NCBI GenBank assembly: GCA_964247055.1
Contig: OZ176054.1
Coordinates: forward strand, 3,596,001 to 3,660,000
DNA: 64,000 nucleotides
From: Paragordius varius
Taxonomy: Eukaryota > Animalia > Nematomorpha
Direction: 5' to 3'
Both the position numbers and the translations under genes were made by a program. Shown in pieces: positions 1 to 37,224 of the stretch. Numbering within the stretch: the stretch's first letter is position 1; each line of letters starts with the position of its first letter. The notes under the pieces were generated by a model. The model was given only the letters and a program-made list of their open reading frames with translations. It did no database searches and had not been told where the DNA came from.

Positions 1-113
1 TTTAATTGTAATATATTTAAGAAGACTAAAGATAATTAAAATGATACACATACATAATACTTCCATATTTCCTATTATTGAGGGGGACCTATAAATTTTA
101 TTTTGCATTCTAG

Positions 114-22169
<22,056 letters not shown>

Positions 22170-24694
22170 TAAATGAGTAAATCTTTTCAATGTAGGACCA
22201 AATGCCAGTTGGGGTTTTTTACAAAGTATTGTCACCAAACATGTCCTAATTTGTTTATTTTTATTTTCATTAATTTAAAAATTTACATGGTCTTTTAACT
22301 TATTTATTTTTTTTATATTTATTAATTTTTCATATTATATTTTATGGTAAGATTTTTTCTTGCTTTTAATGTACATAAAATCTATAATTTTGCATTAGAA
22401 GTGAGTATGTATACAAGAGTGAAAAAACATTCAATTACCATTTTTCAGCCATAATTTATATATTCCTTTTTCCAAATTAGATGTCATTAATTATACACCT
22501 GCGCAAACTGAAAATACCAATTATATGGTTCCATCATTCAATAATACAACCAACAATGCCCTACCATCAATAGTTTCTTCCCAACATCCACAGTTACCTC
22601 TGCTGCCTTTTTATGTAGATCAACCTTCACACTTGCAAAACATGTCAATACAATACTCACATAATCCTTGAAAAAAAATCAAAGTTATTCAAAATGACCA
22701 AGTATTTGAAGAAAAAAATACGATATCACAATATTATGCAAAATTTTACAAAACTGCCATTGTTTAACATGATGCCCCCGCGCATTAACTTCAAAAAATT
22801 TAATCAATCATCTAATCTAATTTGTCTTTCAAGCAAAATTTTAAACCCATCATTAGCCTACTTTAATAATTATTTTTATAATCCAAATATTTTTGGATAC
22901 GAAAAATTTTTTTCAGGGATTAACATTATTTGAATATTTGTTTTAATCAGCTCAGCTGTAAAAATTGTATAATAATAATTGAAACATCACAAACGCCAGT
23001 GTATTAATCCAAAAATTAAGTATTACATTATTTAGTGACCTCATAAACACATCCTTTACGCATACACATTCATATATTATATAACTGTGCTTGCGTTATA
23101 TAATCATAATTCAGGTTTAACTTTTATTATATCTTGTAATTTTGATATTATATTTTTTATTTAGCAAGAATATTTTGTTTTAATTGATATTTTATGTTTG
23201 AATATGTGAGTTTTTCAATAATTTTTGTAATAAATGCCATATTTTTTGCTTAATTTGTAAATGGATTATTATAAATGCCAGTGAATATTTTATAAAATAA
23301 AAATTAAATCCTAGCAAGAAATTGGAACTTGTATTTTTTTATCCATTAAGGGGAAGTTATTAAATAAAAAAATGGTAAAGGTAAAACTTTTCCAAATTTC
23401 ATCGATTTGAAAACGATCATTTTAAATATTTAGCATAACACAGGGTCTTTTCTTGCTTTGCCTAAAAATGAAGATCAATTTTTATCGGGCCATTTTTCTG
23501 AAGCTTGTTCAATATTGTCCATAGATCAGTTTGATATAATTGATGTAAAGTTTTGGAATTTAATGTTTTCACTATGTATTATACTCTTTGGTTTAGTAAA
23601 TACTTTTTAACAATGCTTGTTTGTTTTATTAATATTAGTATAAAGTAAAATTATTTGATCCACAAGATCTAGTCTAATTTGGGGAATTTATTATTTGTTG
23701 CATATAAGCATAATGGTTTAACGCTCTACGATGAATGAACGTTTTTCGGATCGGGTTAGAAATATGTCAACTTAAAATGTTAATGGTTGTCATGTTTAAT
23801 TTTATTCCAACATTTTTCTATGCGTAACTAAATGTTTTTGCAATAATATTGTCGCATAGATGGAAAAGACAGGATCAAATTTTTTTATAATTATATTTAA
23901 AAATCTATGATAAGATTAAAATGGATCATTAATTAACCTTTGATGTATTTGGTATGGAGGATTATTTCATGAGCTCTTTTAACCAATTATATAAAACGCA
24001 ATTTTAATTATTGTAGCAACATTTAAGGTTTTACAATAAGTATATTTTAAAAATGTATTTTCCTTGGTGAAATCAGTATTCAGATGTTTAATTATAATTT
24101 ACAATATTTAATCTGATGCTACAATAAAGAGAGTTGAATCGAAAGCTTATTGCTATGTATTACCATATAATCTCGACCCATATTGCAACCATAGGATTTG
24201 AATTACCACCTATTATGATGTATATTACGGGAAGTTATGATTTCGAAAAGGATATTTGCTCGCTTGTCTCAAATCATACTGAACTCGTAAATAAAAATAC
24301 TTATTTTTAATGTTTGACCGAATCGCATTTAAACAACATTTCGTTGTTAATTTATGTATTAGATAAGTATGCCCAGAGCACAAAATATCCAGATATATAA
24401 TATTCAGACGGTAAAATGTATAAGGATTTTCGCTTTTTTTTGGGGCTTAGACAAACCTTAGAAAGTTTTACTTACGGTAGTCATCTAAAATCGCAAATAT
24501 GCTCACGTGCTATTAATTTTTTTATTAATTATATAGCATTTTATAGTTTCTTTATATTGAAAATGCCTAATTCAACCATATATACGCTAGTGAAGAAATT
24601 TATTATACCATCAATCCAAATCTAAAACAAATTAACTGTTTTTTTATGATTAAAAATTACCTATATAATATATTTAAAAAATGAAATTTTGTTT

Positions 24695-24965
24695 AGGTTT
24701 TATCAATGTTAGATGTGATTTTAATAAAAAATTAGCTTTAATATTAACTTTAAATATAAACACGATATTTTGCAAGATTATTGTAAATTAAAAATGGCAT
24801 TGAAGTATTTTGATATTTTTTTAATTAAATTTTATTTAGATATTTCGGATATCTTAATTTTTATCAGTATACAAGCATAAATTTCAATTGGGACCGTTTC
24901 TTTCGTTAGGTAAAAAATATCAACTTAAATATAGTATAGGGTATTAAGATACCCCAAATCGAATC
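24695..24965 (+). repeat. Dispersed repeat of about 270 bp; further copies at about 27050-27290 and 31945-32160
   Basis: Shared blocks TTAGATGT(G/A)A, AAATATCA.CTTAA in all three copies; TAAACACGATATTTTGCAAGAT and AGATACCC in the first two. Confidence 0.7.
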
Positions 24966-25376
24966 GAAGTTATAATGGTCCATTTAAGTGCGTAGACAAA
25001 AAGTGGTTTATTTTGTATTATTTATATATTTAGCTAATACACACATGTCATGTGGAATAAATTTTTACCTTTGGGTTTTACCTTAAAATAAGAATTATCA
25101 AGTATTTTTTGAATAAATTTATTTTTATATTTCTGTTCAGTAATATATAAGTGCAAACTTTTATCATGGTTTCGATTCCTTCCATATTTTTTGAAGTATA
25201 TAATTTTAAACAAACATAGGGTATTCAAACACCCCAATTTGTAACGAAGGACTGAAATGAATGTGGTGTATTCAAGTGTTAATCATACAATATATTGTTT
25301 TGTTAAAAATATATTTTTCATTTATTTAAAAATATAAATAAATAATGTGTAAACAAGGTTTTTTGAAATGTTATCT

Positions 25377-26748
<1,372 letters not shown>

Positions 26749-27965
26749 TTTACCATATGGAGATCTTTTAAAAGATCGATACGTTTAAATTTTACCCCTT
26801 AATAAACTATTCAAATTTGGAATTCTTGCAAATATAACTCGATACAACATATTCATTTCAAACTAATTGCGGTCATAAAACCATTGCAAAAGTTTGCACA
26901 TATATAAAAGTGATGCACTGAAATATAAATAATGATCATTTAATTACTTTTTTTTATGGATAAACTCTTGCAAATTTAATCAGTATGTAATGTGTGATTA
27001 GCTAGGTATAAAAAACGCAAAACAAACCAGTTTTCTTTTTTGTACCAAAATTAGATGTGATAAAAAGTAACTAAGTTAGCGTTAGAATCAAATAAACACG
27101 ATATTTTGCAAAGATGTTGTAAACTAAAAATGACGTCCAAGTTTTCAAACTTTATTTCTTTATATGTATTTATATACATTTAATAGGATAGAAACAAATT
27201 TAAATTGGGATTGTTTCTTTCAGTATTTTTTTAAAAATATCATCTTAAATATAGTGTGGGGCCCTAGATACCCAAATTTGAATCTTTTATACTGATTTTT
27301 ATAAACAAATGATTTAATAAACAACAACGTTCAAAACAATTTATCCGGAACCACCGTAGTGATTGCGATTGTGTATACACGGATCATTTTGCACCTAACC
27401 CTTTTTTTCTTAAATACAAATTATTTTTTCTTGATTTAAAGTAATAAATCTTGACCGGAAAAGGGAATAGTGTGGTTTTTTAAAAATATCTTTTATTTCT
27501 TAAGTTTTGCCTGTATACCTTTAATTTCAATATAAACAACATAGTCTGCTTAACTTCGAAAGATTATAACACGAAAGTGTTATTCGGGAAAATGTATGAT
27601 GATCAGCATGATCTAATTAGTTTAGGCGCGTTCCAAAAAATCAATTTGGAGAACAATGTTTGATAATTAATTTTAAGTAGTTTATTTAGAAGATTAACGG
27701 GGTATAAAACTATTCCATTATGTCATCGCGGACAAAAAGATGAAAAGGTCATGAAGATTAAGTCTACTGCTTTATATATTTTCATAATCTGCAAAATAAG
27801 ATCAATATTATAATTGGTGTGGGTTAGGGCATCAATTATTTCACCAAAAAACTCATATAAACAAAAGCCTTTATGAGTATTTTAATTTCATATTTATTTG
27901 CCAAACCCATAGATAATACTTGTTTAAGATTTATGCTCAAAGTTTCATTTATTTATTTGTTGGTT

Positions 27966-29643
27966 TCACATGAAATCGTCTTCACACTCAGCGTTGGTGG
28001 TCATTTTTTCAGGTTTCATAAGTGAAGTGTAACTCTTCATTTCAGCCGCATGTTTTCGTTTATCAATTTCTTGGCGTTCGGCTTCACGGGCTTGTCTAGC
28101 AGCGTCACGTAAATTTTGACGCTCTTGTTCGTCTCTTAGTTGGCGCTCTCGCACAAATTGAGCCATTTCAACCTCAGTTTTGGTTTTATTGAGTCGGTTT
28201 ATGATGGCATTTTCTCGTTTATTTACGGTGTACTTCTTAACCTGGAATTGTTGATATGAAAACAATAAACGATATAAATTTATGATACGGTTAGAGTAAA
28301 TATACATTGCTACTTTTTCATTTAATACAGATAGTAGATAAATTAAAGAGTAATATAGTTGGCCTAATATTTTGGCTTTTTCAGCAATTAGCCAATAATG
28401 CTCTATGCTTACGGTATATGGCAATATGTATTAACAAATAGCAATGTATACTGCCTAAAAACTAGCTTTTTAACACTCAATGATATTTTAATGTAATTTT
28501 ATATTTAAGAGCAATAATACCACAAAAATTTTTAAGGTATTAAGCCGAATTTAATATACTTTATTTAGCCTTTTAGGCGCGTTTTACCATTTTTTTAAAA
28601 AAAGTAAAATTGTAAAAAATCAACATCCCAATATTTTTAGCCACCTTACATTTTACCAGCAAAAGTTAAATCTATTTTTAATATAATCTGTTCGTTCCAA
28701 TTGTGTTTTGGAGCTGTCCCAGGACTTTATAATTCACAGTATAAAATATAAGCTTTTATTTCTAATACATGAGAACAATGTAAGATATTTACATTTTAAC
28801 TAACTTTCAAAAACAGTAGATTATAAAAAATTAAGTTCTGGGATATCAAACTATCCCAATTTGTCAACTAGGAAAAAAAGTTAAAAGGTCACAAAATGTT
28901 AAATATTATATTAATTTTGACAAGCGTTTTCTAAATTCCGAATCAATATATAGTATATGAACTTCAATAAACTAAATGGAGATTTTCTTACAAACGCAAT
29001 TTGTTTAAGTTAAAATCTTATGTCCAAATTTATTGACCCGATTTATTCAAAATATATTATAACTTTACAAAGTGGCCATTTTTAATTACAATCTTTACAT
29101 ATTTTTTGATATATAAATAACCTTTTTCATCTAAAAAATGAACATGAGGGATGTATATAGCTATAATTAATTACATTTAAAAGTAGAACTTAACCTTAGA
29201 TCGATCTTTAAAACTAACTTGGCCTGCAACCATATCGTTGGTTTTTAATAAGTTTTCCCAGGGAGTATAAATTACGTCAATATCATTTAATTTGTTACCT
29301 AGAATAGTTTCACATATGTAAACCTTTAATGCTGTTTGCCTTAACCAATTGGCAACAATCTTGTAGCAACGGTAATGGCAAATCATTTATACTTATATTA
29401 TTATTTTCAGTTCTAAGATATACATGAGCAGACGATAGGTCATCAACGTGAAACCTAGGGTTTTAAATATTTAGTACCATATATCTTCGGGCCAACCATA
29501 TTTAATCAAATCCTCGTCTAGAGGTTAGAGAAAGAGGAGAAACTTTCGTATTTATCTTTTCCCATATACAAAATCGCATTTGGTTTTACAGCTATTAAAT
29601 TTTAGATAATACTGTTACCATCCGATTTAAAGTAAAAAACCAT
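27966..29643 (-). CDS. CCDC25: Coiled-coil domain-containing protein 25 (DUF814/NFACT-R family, 207 aa)
   Basis: complement(join 29643-29619, 29591-29544, 29517-29478, 29454-29324, 29298-29195, 28241-27966). Spliced product MVFYFKS...[37 protein letters not shown]...[12 protein letters not shown]...YTPWENL...EDDFM. Introns are 27, 26, 23, 25 and 953 nt. Confidence 0.95.
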
Positions 29644-29697
29644 CCTTAGTGCCAAACGAGGAAAAGTGGTAACGTTCAGCATAATTAAGATATAGAG

Positions 29698-31652
29698 CAG
29701 GGGTGGCCACACTTTTTTTGTCGCGAGCTTTTTTTTTGGCTTTTTTGTTAAAAAAAGAGTTCGCGGTCACCCAGAAATATTTATCAAAAAAACTCAATCA
29801 ACACTTTAAATGATGTATATACCTGCTTTACAGATTAGAGTGACTTGTTTAAACCATTTTAAAATTGTAATTTTTTTATCTATCAACCAAATACAAAAAT
29901 AATTTTAATTAAAAGACAACGGGTTATTAACTACCTTAATTTTTTAACCAACATAAAACACTTCAAAATATTTATTTATTAAATTTCTATTATATGAAAT
30001 TTTACACTATAAAAATTTAAACAATACATTTGAAATTACAGGGGAGAATACATTATGATACAAAAAATAAAAGAAATAAAAAATAGCATTCCAATTTAGA
30101 ACCATAATTTGAACATAAATAAGAGTACATTAAAATTGTATCAGTTTTAATTCTATCCACATATTTTTTAGTAAATCGGCTTTTTCCTAATAAGCGAAAA
30201 TACAACTCGATAAACATCCATATTTAATAAAGAAAAAAATATTTAAAACGCCCGACTGCAAAAAAATTCAGAAAGTTTATCTAAATTAGGTTCAAATGAA
30301 GTCAAAGCAATTCTCAAACATGATTCTAAATGTTTATTAGTTAATTGTGACCTCTGTTTATTTTGATAGCATTCATAATTGAAAAAGCCGATTCACATAA
30401 ATATGTGGATCCAAAAAAAGAATTGAATAATGCAGCGGTTTTCCAAATATGGGGGTATTTATCTTTATTTATAAATTTATATATATCTGATCCTAATGAT
30501 TTTAGATGGATATCGCATTTAACATTTATTAATTCCTCTTCCAACTCTGCTAAATTTGGTACACCAAGAAAGTGGCAGAGTTTTTGAGCAATATATTCAA
30601 CATTATTATTATTATTAAATGGGCATGATAAAAAAATAGCGATGTCTTCAAGTTTATTTATAGATGAAAATCGTTTTTCAAAATCATTAATAAGCAGACC
30701 AATATCATCTGCATATTTTTCAAAAGAGAGATTCTCTATTTTTTCAGACACCGCTGCCAGATTAAAAAAATGTTTTAAATCTCGGTTTTTTAATTGTGTT
30801 TCTACTACTGTTAGTGTTTCCTTAAAAGATTTTAAAGCACCCATCATATCCATTATTGTTTTATCTTTTCCTTGTAATTGGTGTTTAATTTATGCAATTT
30901 TTCCGTGATTCGCATAAAAATGCAAGATCAAACAGCCAATCTTGATCTTTCAATTCAGGGTATGAAAATTTAGAATTCTCTAAAAAAATTTCTATTTGTG
31001 GTAAAAGTTGCCTAAATCTAATTAAAAATGCGGCACGACTCAACCACCTTACATCAGTATGTAATAAAAGTTCTCCATATTCCACGCCGCACTCATTTAA
31101 CAAAATTCGAAATTGGCGGCGGGACAAGCTTTTTGTTCGAATGGCGTTAACAATTTTAAAACAGGGGTTCATTACATGATGGTATTTTAAAACTTTTGAA
31201 CATAAAACTTGATTATGGATTATATAATGGTAATCAATGAACTTGGGAAATGCACTGTGATTTTTACATAAAGCGATAAAGCCGTTGTTAACGCCAATCA
31301 TAGCTGGAGCTCCATCAGTAGTTATAGATGCGAGTTTTACGATGGGAACTTCACGATTATGCTTCTGATTTATGAATAAGCTTTGCTCAAAGTTTTGTAA
31401 TATTCAAGGGAAATGACTGATTTTAAGTAATGCAAATGCTCCAAAACATATGAATTATAATTAATAAAATAATTTTTTTACACCCTTTTCTTAGACGTTT
31501 TTTTTAATTTAAACCGTATTTTTTTGTATTTTAAATTTAAATTCGCTCAGAAGTAGCCAACTATCCGAAAAAAATCAATAAAATTTTTAAAAAAAAATAT
31601 TTTCAGGCGGTCACTTTTTGAGTTGTCGCGGTCACCTCGTTGGCCACCCCTG
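29698..31652 (-). mobile_element. Defective hAT DNA transposon, Buster/SPIN type
   Basis: 12-bp TIR CAGGGGTGGCCA / TGGCCACCCCTG. 8-bp TSD ATATAGAG / GTATAGAG (one mismatch, central TA typical of Buster elements). Transposase remnants ASITTDGAPAMIG, LLLHTDVRWLSR, DWLFDLAFL and FFGSTYLCESAFSIMN (ORFs 30885-31301 and 30341-30853). The N-terminus is deleted and there is a frameshift near 30890-30910. Confidence 0.92.
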
Positions 31653-33888
31653 GTATAGAGCGTATTATACCTTCGCTCAGTTAAATATACTAAATATTGT
31701 TTAAACCTCAATTTTTAAACTTCAATACAGCACCTACATTTTAATCATCCAATTCTGATTGGGTTCTTTGAGACCCAAGTTGTTATTATCAAATATTTGT
31801 ATGGTATAAACTGAAACCATTGCAAATGTTTGCAATTTATCACCGAAAGATAAAAAAAGATGTATTTAAAAAACTTGATACTTATATATGGTCAACATGA
31901 CATGTGGGCATTAACCAAATATATAAATAATGTATAACTTTTTTGTTTTTATCAATGTTAGATGTAATTTAAAAAATTCAGCTTATATTTAAGCGTTATT
32001 ATTAGGGATGTCAAAATAGTTTGATATGAACTATTTTATCATGAAATTTTATTTTATATATTTTTATTAGATAGAAGTATTCTTGGCACCCTTATTTTTA
32101 TTAGTTTTTTTAAAAATATCAGCTTAATAGTGTTCTTTAAATAGCCCAATTAAAATCAAGGTGCTTACAGCATAGTATTTGTAAAGCTACGTTTTTTTAA
32201 TGATTTTTATCATTTAAAAGCGTAATTTAATCTTAGCCTTTGAATCCTACTGACAGGTATAAAATAGTGAATAAAACATATGTATATATGCACAGGAAAT
32301 TGATTAGCCACATGATTTTTTCGGCACATTAATAGTTTTAGGCAATTTTCGAAAATAGACAAATTATTTGCGGTGCATAAGTGTCACATTCATGTGAAAA
32401 ACTTTTTGGTTAATGACCACTTGTTAAATGTTATTAATAACCAAATTGATTATTTTAAATTCGTAAATTCACGTAATAATCTTAAATACCCACAGAACTT
32501 TGGGTATGCGTATGCCATTACCAACAAGCACAAAAATATGGTCATAACATATCCTATGATACATATTGAGAAATATACACATGATTATAGTTGTGAGCAT
32601 ACGAGACATTTAAAGAAATTTTTCGCGTATTACATGGCCTTTACAAAAAAATCCCGATAAATTCTGATGGTAGAATATATCAGAATTATCACGGTGCTTA
32701 GTTTGTCCCTTATTAATAGTTTTATAGAGTTATTTACAATTTTGCGGTATTGATCCATATCAGAAACTGGAAAAATTTGCTATCATGTTGATATAAATTG
32801 GTAGAAATAAAATCTTGATTCCAAAAAAAATCATTTAAATATATCTAAATAACATATAATAAAAATAATATTTTTTAATACTATAAATTAAAGATGTGCT
32901 GCTACATTTTTGGACCCGTCAAAAATGGGCGAGTTCTCTAAAATAAAGGCAAATAGGCTGAGATTGATAATTTTAACATTAAAAGTTTTTTTGCAAACAA
33001 ATATTAGATTCACTTATAATTGTAATAGCCTAATTATTGAGCATTAAATACTAAGGTTTTCTCGTTATTAAGCGTTTAATGCTCTTTCCCTAAGGTTTAA
33101 TTGTTAAAGTATTATAATTATATTTGGTTACCAGATCTATACCTCCTTATATCCCTGCTATCAATTTGTTAACAATTGATTAAAATTTTGCATTTTCATT
33201 AATTTCTCTTTATAAACCATACATCAACATGGGTATATTATATTCATGTTGATGTATAATGTTAAAAAGTTGATTTAAGTATTCAACATTACAATATGAC
33301 TTTAATCCCAAAGAAATTATAGGTATGTTTTCCTTCTTTGTTCGCTTTATATGGTATATGAGGAATCTGATTTATTAAAAAGTGTGACTTAATGAATTGT
33401 GGAGCGTGTGCTCTATAAAATCACCTCTAAATTAATTTTCCAATTTGACCATCAGTAAGAAAACTTTTAATATTCCTCCTTTAGCGTTTAAATATTCTTT
33501 TACCAATTTCCTATTTTTTGGAGCTACTCTTGCATATATCTTTAAAAAGAGTATTCCCACATTTATATGTTACAAGGCCTACTTCACAAACTTGATTTTT
33601 TGTGGACTAAAAAAGCGTTATTATCGCCACGCTTAAATAATTATTATATTTAAGCCACAATTTTCTGAAAATTTAATCATAGGCTCTCCTCATGTATACC
33701 ATAATTTATCTGATGTCAAAAAACTAACGTTATTAATGGCATCATTTTTAATATATCTATTTTAGGAATTCTTAAGGCTCTTAAATCAGACTAACAACCA
33801 TTAGATCAATCTACTAAGACACCCTAATTTTTTTCATATAAATTGTAAAAAAGTATACTTTAAGATAGAATTTATTTAGAGGGCACAT

Positions 33889-34340
33889 TTAATAAATATG
33901 GAATTTTATAGTCACAATCATGTGTTTCAAATAATTAACAAATTTACTCATATCACGGTGAAAATGATTGTGCTTATTTATAACATTAGTCGATGATTTA
34001 TTTATTTTATCATTGTTTTGTTGTAGGTTAACATCAAGCTTTTCGCCATCAATATGATTAAAATTGAGATCAACGAATTCGCGAAATTTGTCATATTTAT
34101 CCATCATCCCTTTGATAAGATTCCAAAATAATCCGTTTGATTACCTTCGACACAGATAAAACCAGGCTTTCCAGACACTACGAAACCATTTAATTTAAGT
34201 CGCTTAGCTTAACACAAAATGGTTTTTCGTTTGTTAGGGTTATATATGTGATGAGATACAATCCATATACGAGAAAAATTATCCGAAAGTATTTCTTTTT
34301 TTGTAAAGTTTGATTTAGTATTGGAGTTGTTAATATTATC
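33889..34340 (-). pseudogene. RWDD2-like (DUF1115 domain) remnant
   Basis: Reads [44 protein letters not shown], matching the RWDD2 motif (F.RLWIYSHHIY...KRK.ILEWAKEL.LSGF..PGKPG.VCVEG). The conserved Trp is TAA at 34209-34211, and the following FW...W helix is missing. Confidence 0.65.
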
Positions 34341-34669
34341 TAATGGTAAAATAAATAGAAAGCGTAAAATTTGGCAATAAGCTTATTTACCCCAAAATGC
34401 ATGTATATAAAAATTCAAAGCTTAATGTAGTGTTTAAAATTAATTTTTAGTTGAGGAGTTTTTTTTGTATTCTGAAGTAAAGGAAACGGGGACATTTTAA
34501 AACTTTTTCTAAATTAGTTTTACGCAAAGTACATGTTTTTTATCTAGTATATATTGAATTTATGTGCCGTAAGGATTCATGACCTTTAATTTTGTTTTTG
34601 AAGGCTATAATGTATTCGATGAAATCCACTTATAAACCGACAAATACAAGCAATGTATTGTCGTATCCA

Positions 34670-35010
34670 ATCCTGTTGGCGTTTCTGCTGTTACCATTTA
34701 TGCGTGGAGGACATAAAAAAGAAGGAATTAATCATTGTTAGCAATCTATCAATTACACCCTTTTATGAATTTACTCTCGAGTTATACATTCCCATAGGAT
34801 ATATCAAATAGCAATGGTAAGATATACAATTACATATCTGAAATTGATTTTGGTTTGGCGATACGCAAAGGAGACCTTTTCCAAGGTATACAAAAGAAAA
34901 AATGTGACATTTGGGCCTTGGGCATCATCTGCATTGAGATGGGCGATGGAGAACCACCTTATACTAATCTTCATCCATACATTTTGTTGTGGATTTTTTA
35001 TTTTTCTCAA
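34670..35010 (+). pseudogene. STE20-group (myosin-III/MST-like) protein kinase remnant
   Basis: Frame from 34798 gives IDFGLA...[26 protein letters not shown] (subdomains VII and IX). The activation segment/APE motif is absent, HRD is broken, and upstream LPFMRGG is followed by a stop. Confidence 0.55.
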
Positions 35011-35342
35011 TGATCAATTAAATTACGAAAAATTGCTATATTTTTATTTGGCTTAGACTATTTAACACAAAATTAACAATATACTAATATTAGCACTCAC
35101 TAACACATTGATTATTTAAGGCGAATTTAGAATCAGGAGAAAAGCATTGATGCAATAATTATTCAAAAAGGTACGTCTAACATGCTTTTATAGATTTAAT
35201 GGACTCGCCGAGAGTAGAAATCGTTACAATGATTCCCAAAGATATGATATGTTTAGAATACCCTTTATTAGGCTCTTGCATCATCATTTTTTGTGGAATA
35301 TTATAATTTAATATAGGTTTTGCCAATAATAAAAATATTTGA

Positions 35343-36166
35343 ACTTTGTTTTTTGAAAAAAAATGGCATTTTACGGGGGGAGCGGGTAAAAAGAGGGCCT
35401 AAATTAAAAAAGCGAGACGACTATGTTCGGCGCAATCGAAAATAACTAAACAAAAATCATATTTGAAATTCAATGGTCCAACACGTTCTCCGGAAAATTG
35501 TCTCAAAGACACGATTTTTGTGGACTCTGTTTTCAAAAAAAACATTTTTTACACGGGGTAGGCCCGAACTGGGGGCCTATTTCAAAAAAGGGCGAAGCTA
35601 TTGTCGGGGCATGATAATTGGATTTGAATGGGTCTTTCCAGTACCAGATTACAAAGCCACATGACGGATCAGTTTTTAGCGGGTAGCTCCTTACTCAGCA
35701 GCTATCATCAAAAAAACGCTTGGCTATTTTACCTTTTAACAGGGAATACGTGGAATCCTTATTAAATTTTTACGGTCTCATACCTTGGGCGAAAAATAGA
35801 TTCAAAATATTATTTTTGTGGACTTTGTTTTTTGAATAAAATGGCATTTTAAGTAGGGAGCGGGTAAAAAGAGGGCCAAATTAAAAAAGCGAGACGACTA
35901 TGTTCGGTGCAATCGAAAATAACTAAACAAAAACCATATTTGAAATTGAATGGTCCAACACGTTCTCCGGAAAATTGTCTCAAAGACACCTTTTTTGTGG
36001 ACTTCTGTTATCAAAAAAACCCATTTTTTACAGGTGGGCCCGAACTGGGAGCCTATTTTAAAAAAAGGGCGAAGCTATTGTCGGGGCATTCATTAATGAT
36101 TATATTTTTTCGACATTTGGAGATTTGATTGGGTCTACCGGTTTTCCGGAAACAGATTACAAAGCT
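35343..36166 (+). repeat. GC-richer tandem repeat, period about 479 bp (about 1.7 units)
   Basis: ACTTTGTTTTTTGAA...GAGCGGGTAAAAAGAGGGCC...CCGGAAAATTGTCTCAAAGACAC...GGGCGAAGCTATTGTCGGGGCAT starts at 35343 and again at 35822. Confidence 0.9.
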
Positions 36167-37224
36167 GGCATTTTCCATTTTTATAAATATATAGATTGAA
36201 TTAACGATTTTAAAAAAATTAAGAAAAAAATATTGGCAAAAAATTTTGAGATGAGGGTTTTTTAATAATACATTAAATTTTTTTTATATGCGGCTAAGAG
36301 GCTAGAGAAAGCAAATTAACTCGGCTTATTACCTTAAATCATTTTAAGATACTCAAATTTCAAATCGCTCTAGGATATAATACTACAAAGTAATGGAATG
36401 TTATATTCTAATATTTTAAAGCAGTGATGCTTAAACGGCGGAGAGCTTTTTTATGGCCCTATTTATTAAATTTTTCGATGTATTTATTTTACAGCAAATA
36501 AATCTCTAAAATTTTTATCGGTATTGTACGGTGCACGGCCCTAGCTAAATATTTTTCAGCCCTTTAAAACTTTTTAAAGAGTACCACCATATAAAGTATT
36601 TAAGATATTGGCCCGAATTTGAAAAAAAGTGATCAAGAAAATATCTAAAAAATAAAATCTTGTAAAAAATCCTCTTTCAAAATGTTTCAGCGTAATTTTT
36701 TGGGATTTACAATGCTAATAAATCAGAATCAATTGTGAAATGTAAAATAATTAACTATAAAGTGCTTTTAAATTTACTTTAGCAGCAAATTTTTAATATA
36801 TTTATTTAAAAATGAGTTGTTAATTACAATCATGTTTTGTTATGTCAATTTTCTAGTACAGCAGATGGAAATGTGCAAAAAATCTTGCCCCGAAACGTTT
36901 ATAAGCGTGGAAAAGTAAGGGTTGTTTTGTGTGGACAATGGCGGTAAGGCACCTTTTTCTGGACATAAGTTTGTAGTACAGAAGAACACACTCAATTTAA
37001 TTAATGAACTTTCAAGGCAGTAGATGTACAAGTTTGTTGGGGATTTTACTTAACCTATACGTAATCATCTACAATCAATGAAAAGGCACTGAAGTTGCAA
37101 AATTCCAAGTCGATCCAACTTGGATATTATGCAAATGGGTACTTAAAATCAAGTAAACAAGTAAAGGGTGTAGCGTCGGAAGATCGTCGCTGCCGTATCA
37201 AGGCATTCTCTACTCACCCATATA

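Noticed and set aside
23280-24500. Coding-like patches downstream of ZSWIM8
   Set aside because: There are stops in every frame and no motif I can recognise. It is possibly a decayed TE or pseudogene, but cannot be supported.
32373-32660. 95-aa ORF, with GHNISYD in another frame resembling an exonuclease motif
   Set aside because: A single short motif in a stop-riddled frame is insufficient to assign a product.
34209-34211. Non-standard genetic code (TAA read as an amino acid)
   Set aside because: TEX11 and the carbonic anhydrase end in TAA, and thousands of codons in the intact genes contain no internal stops once the tiny introns are removed.
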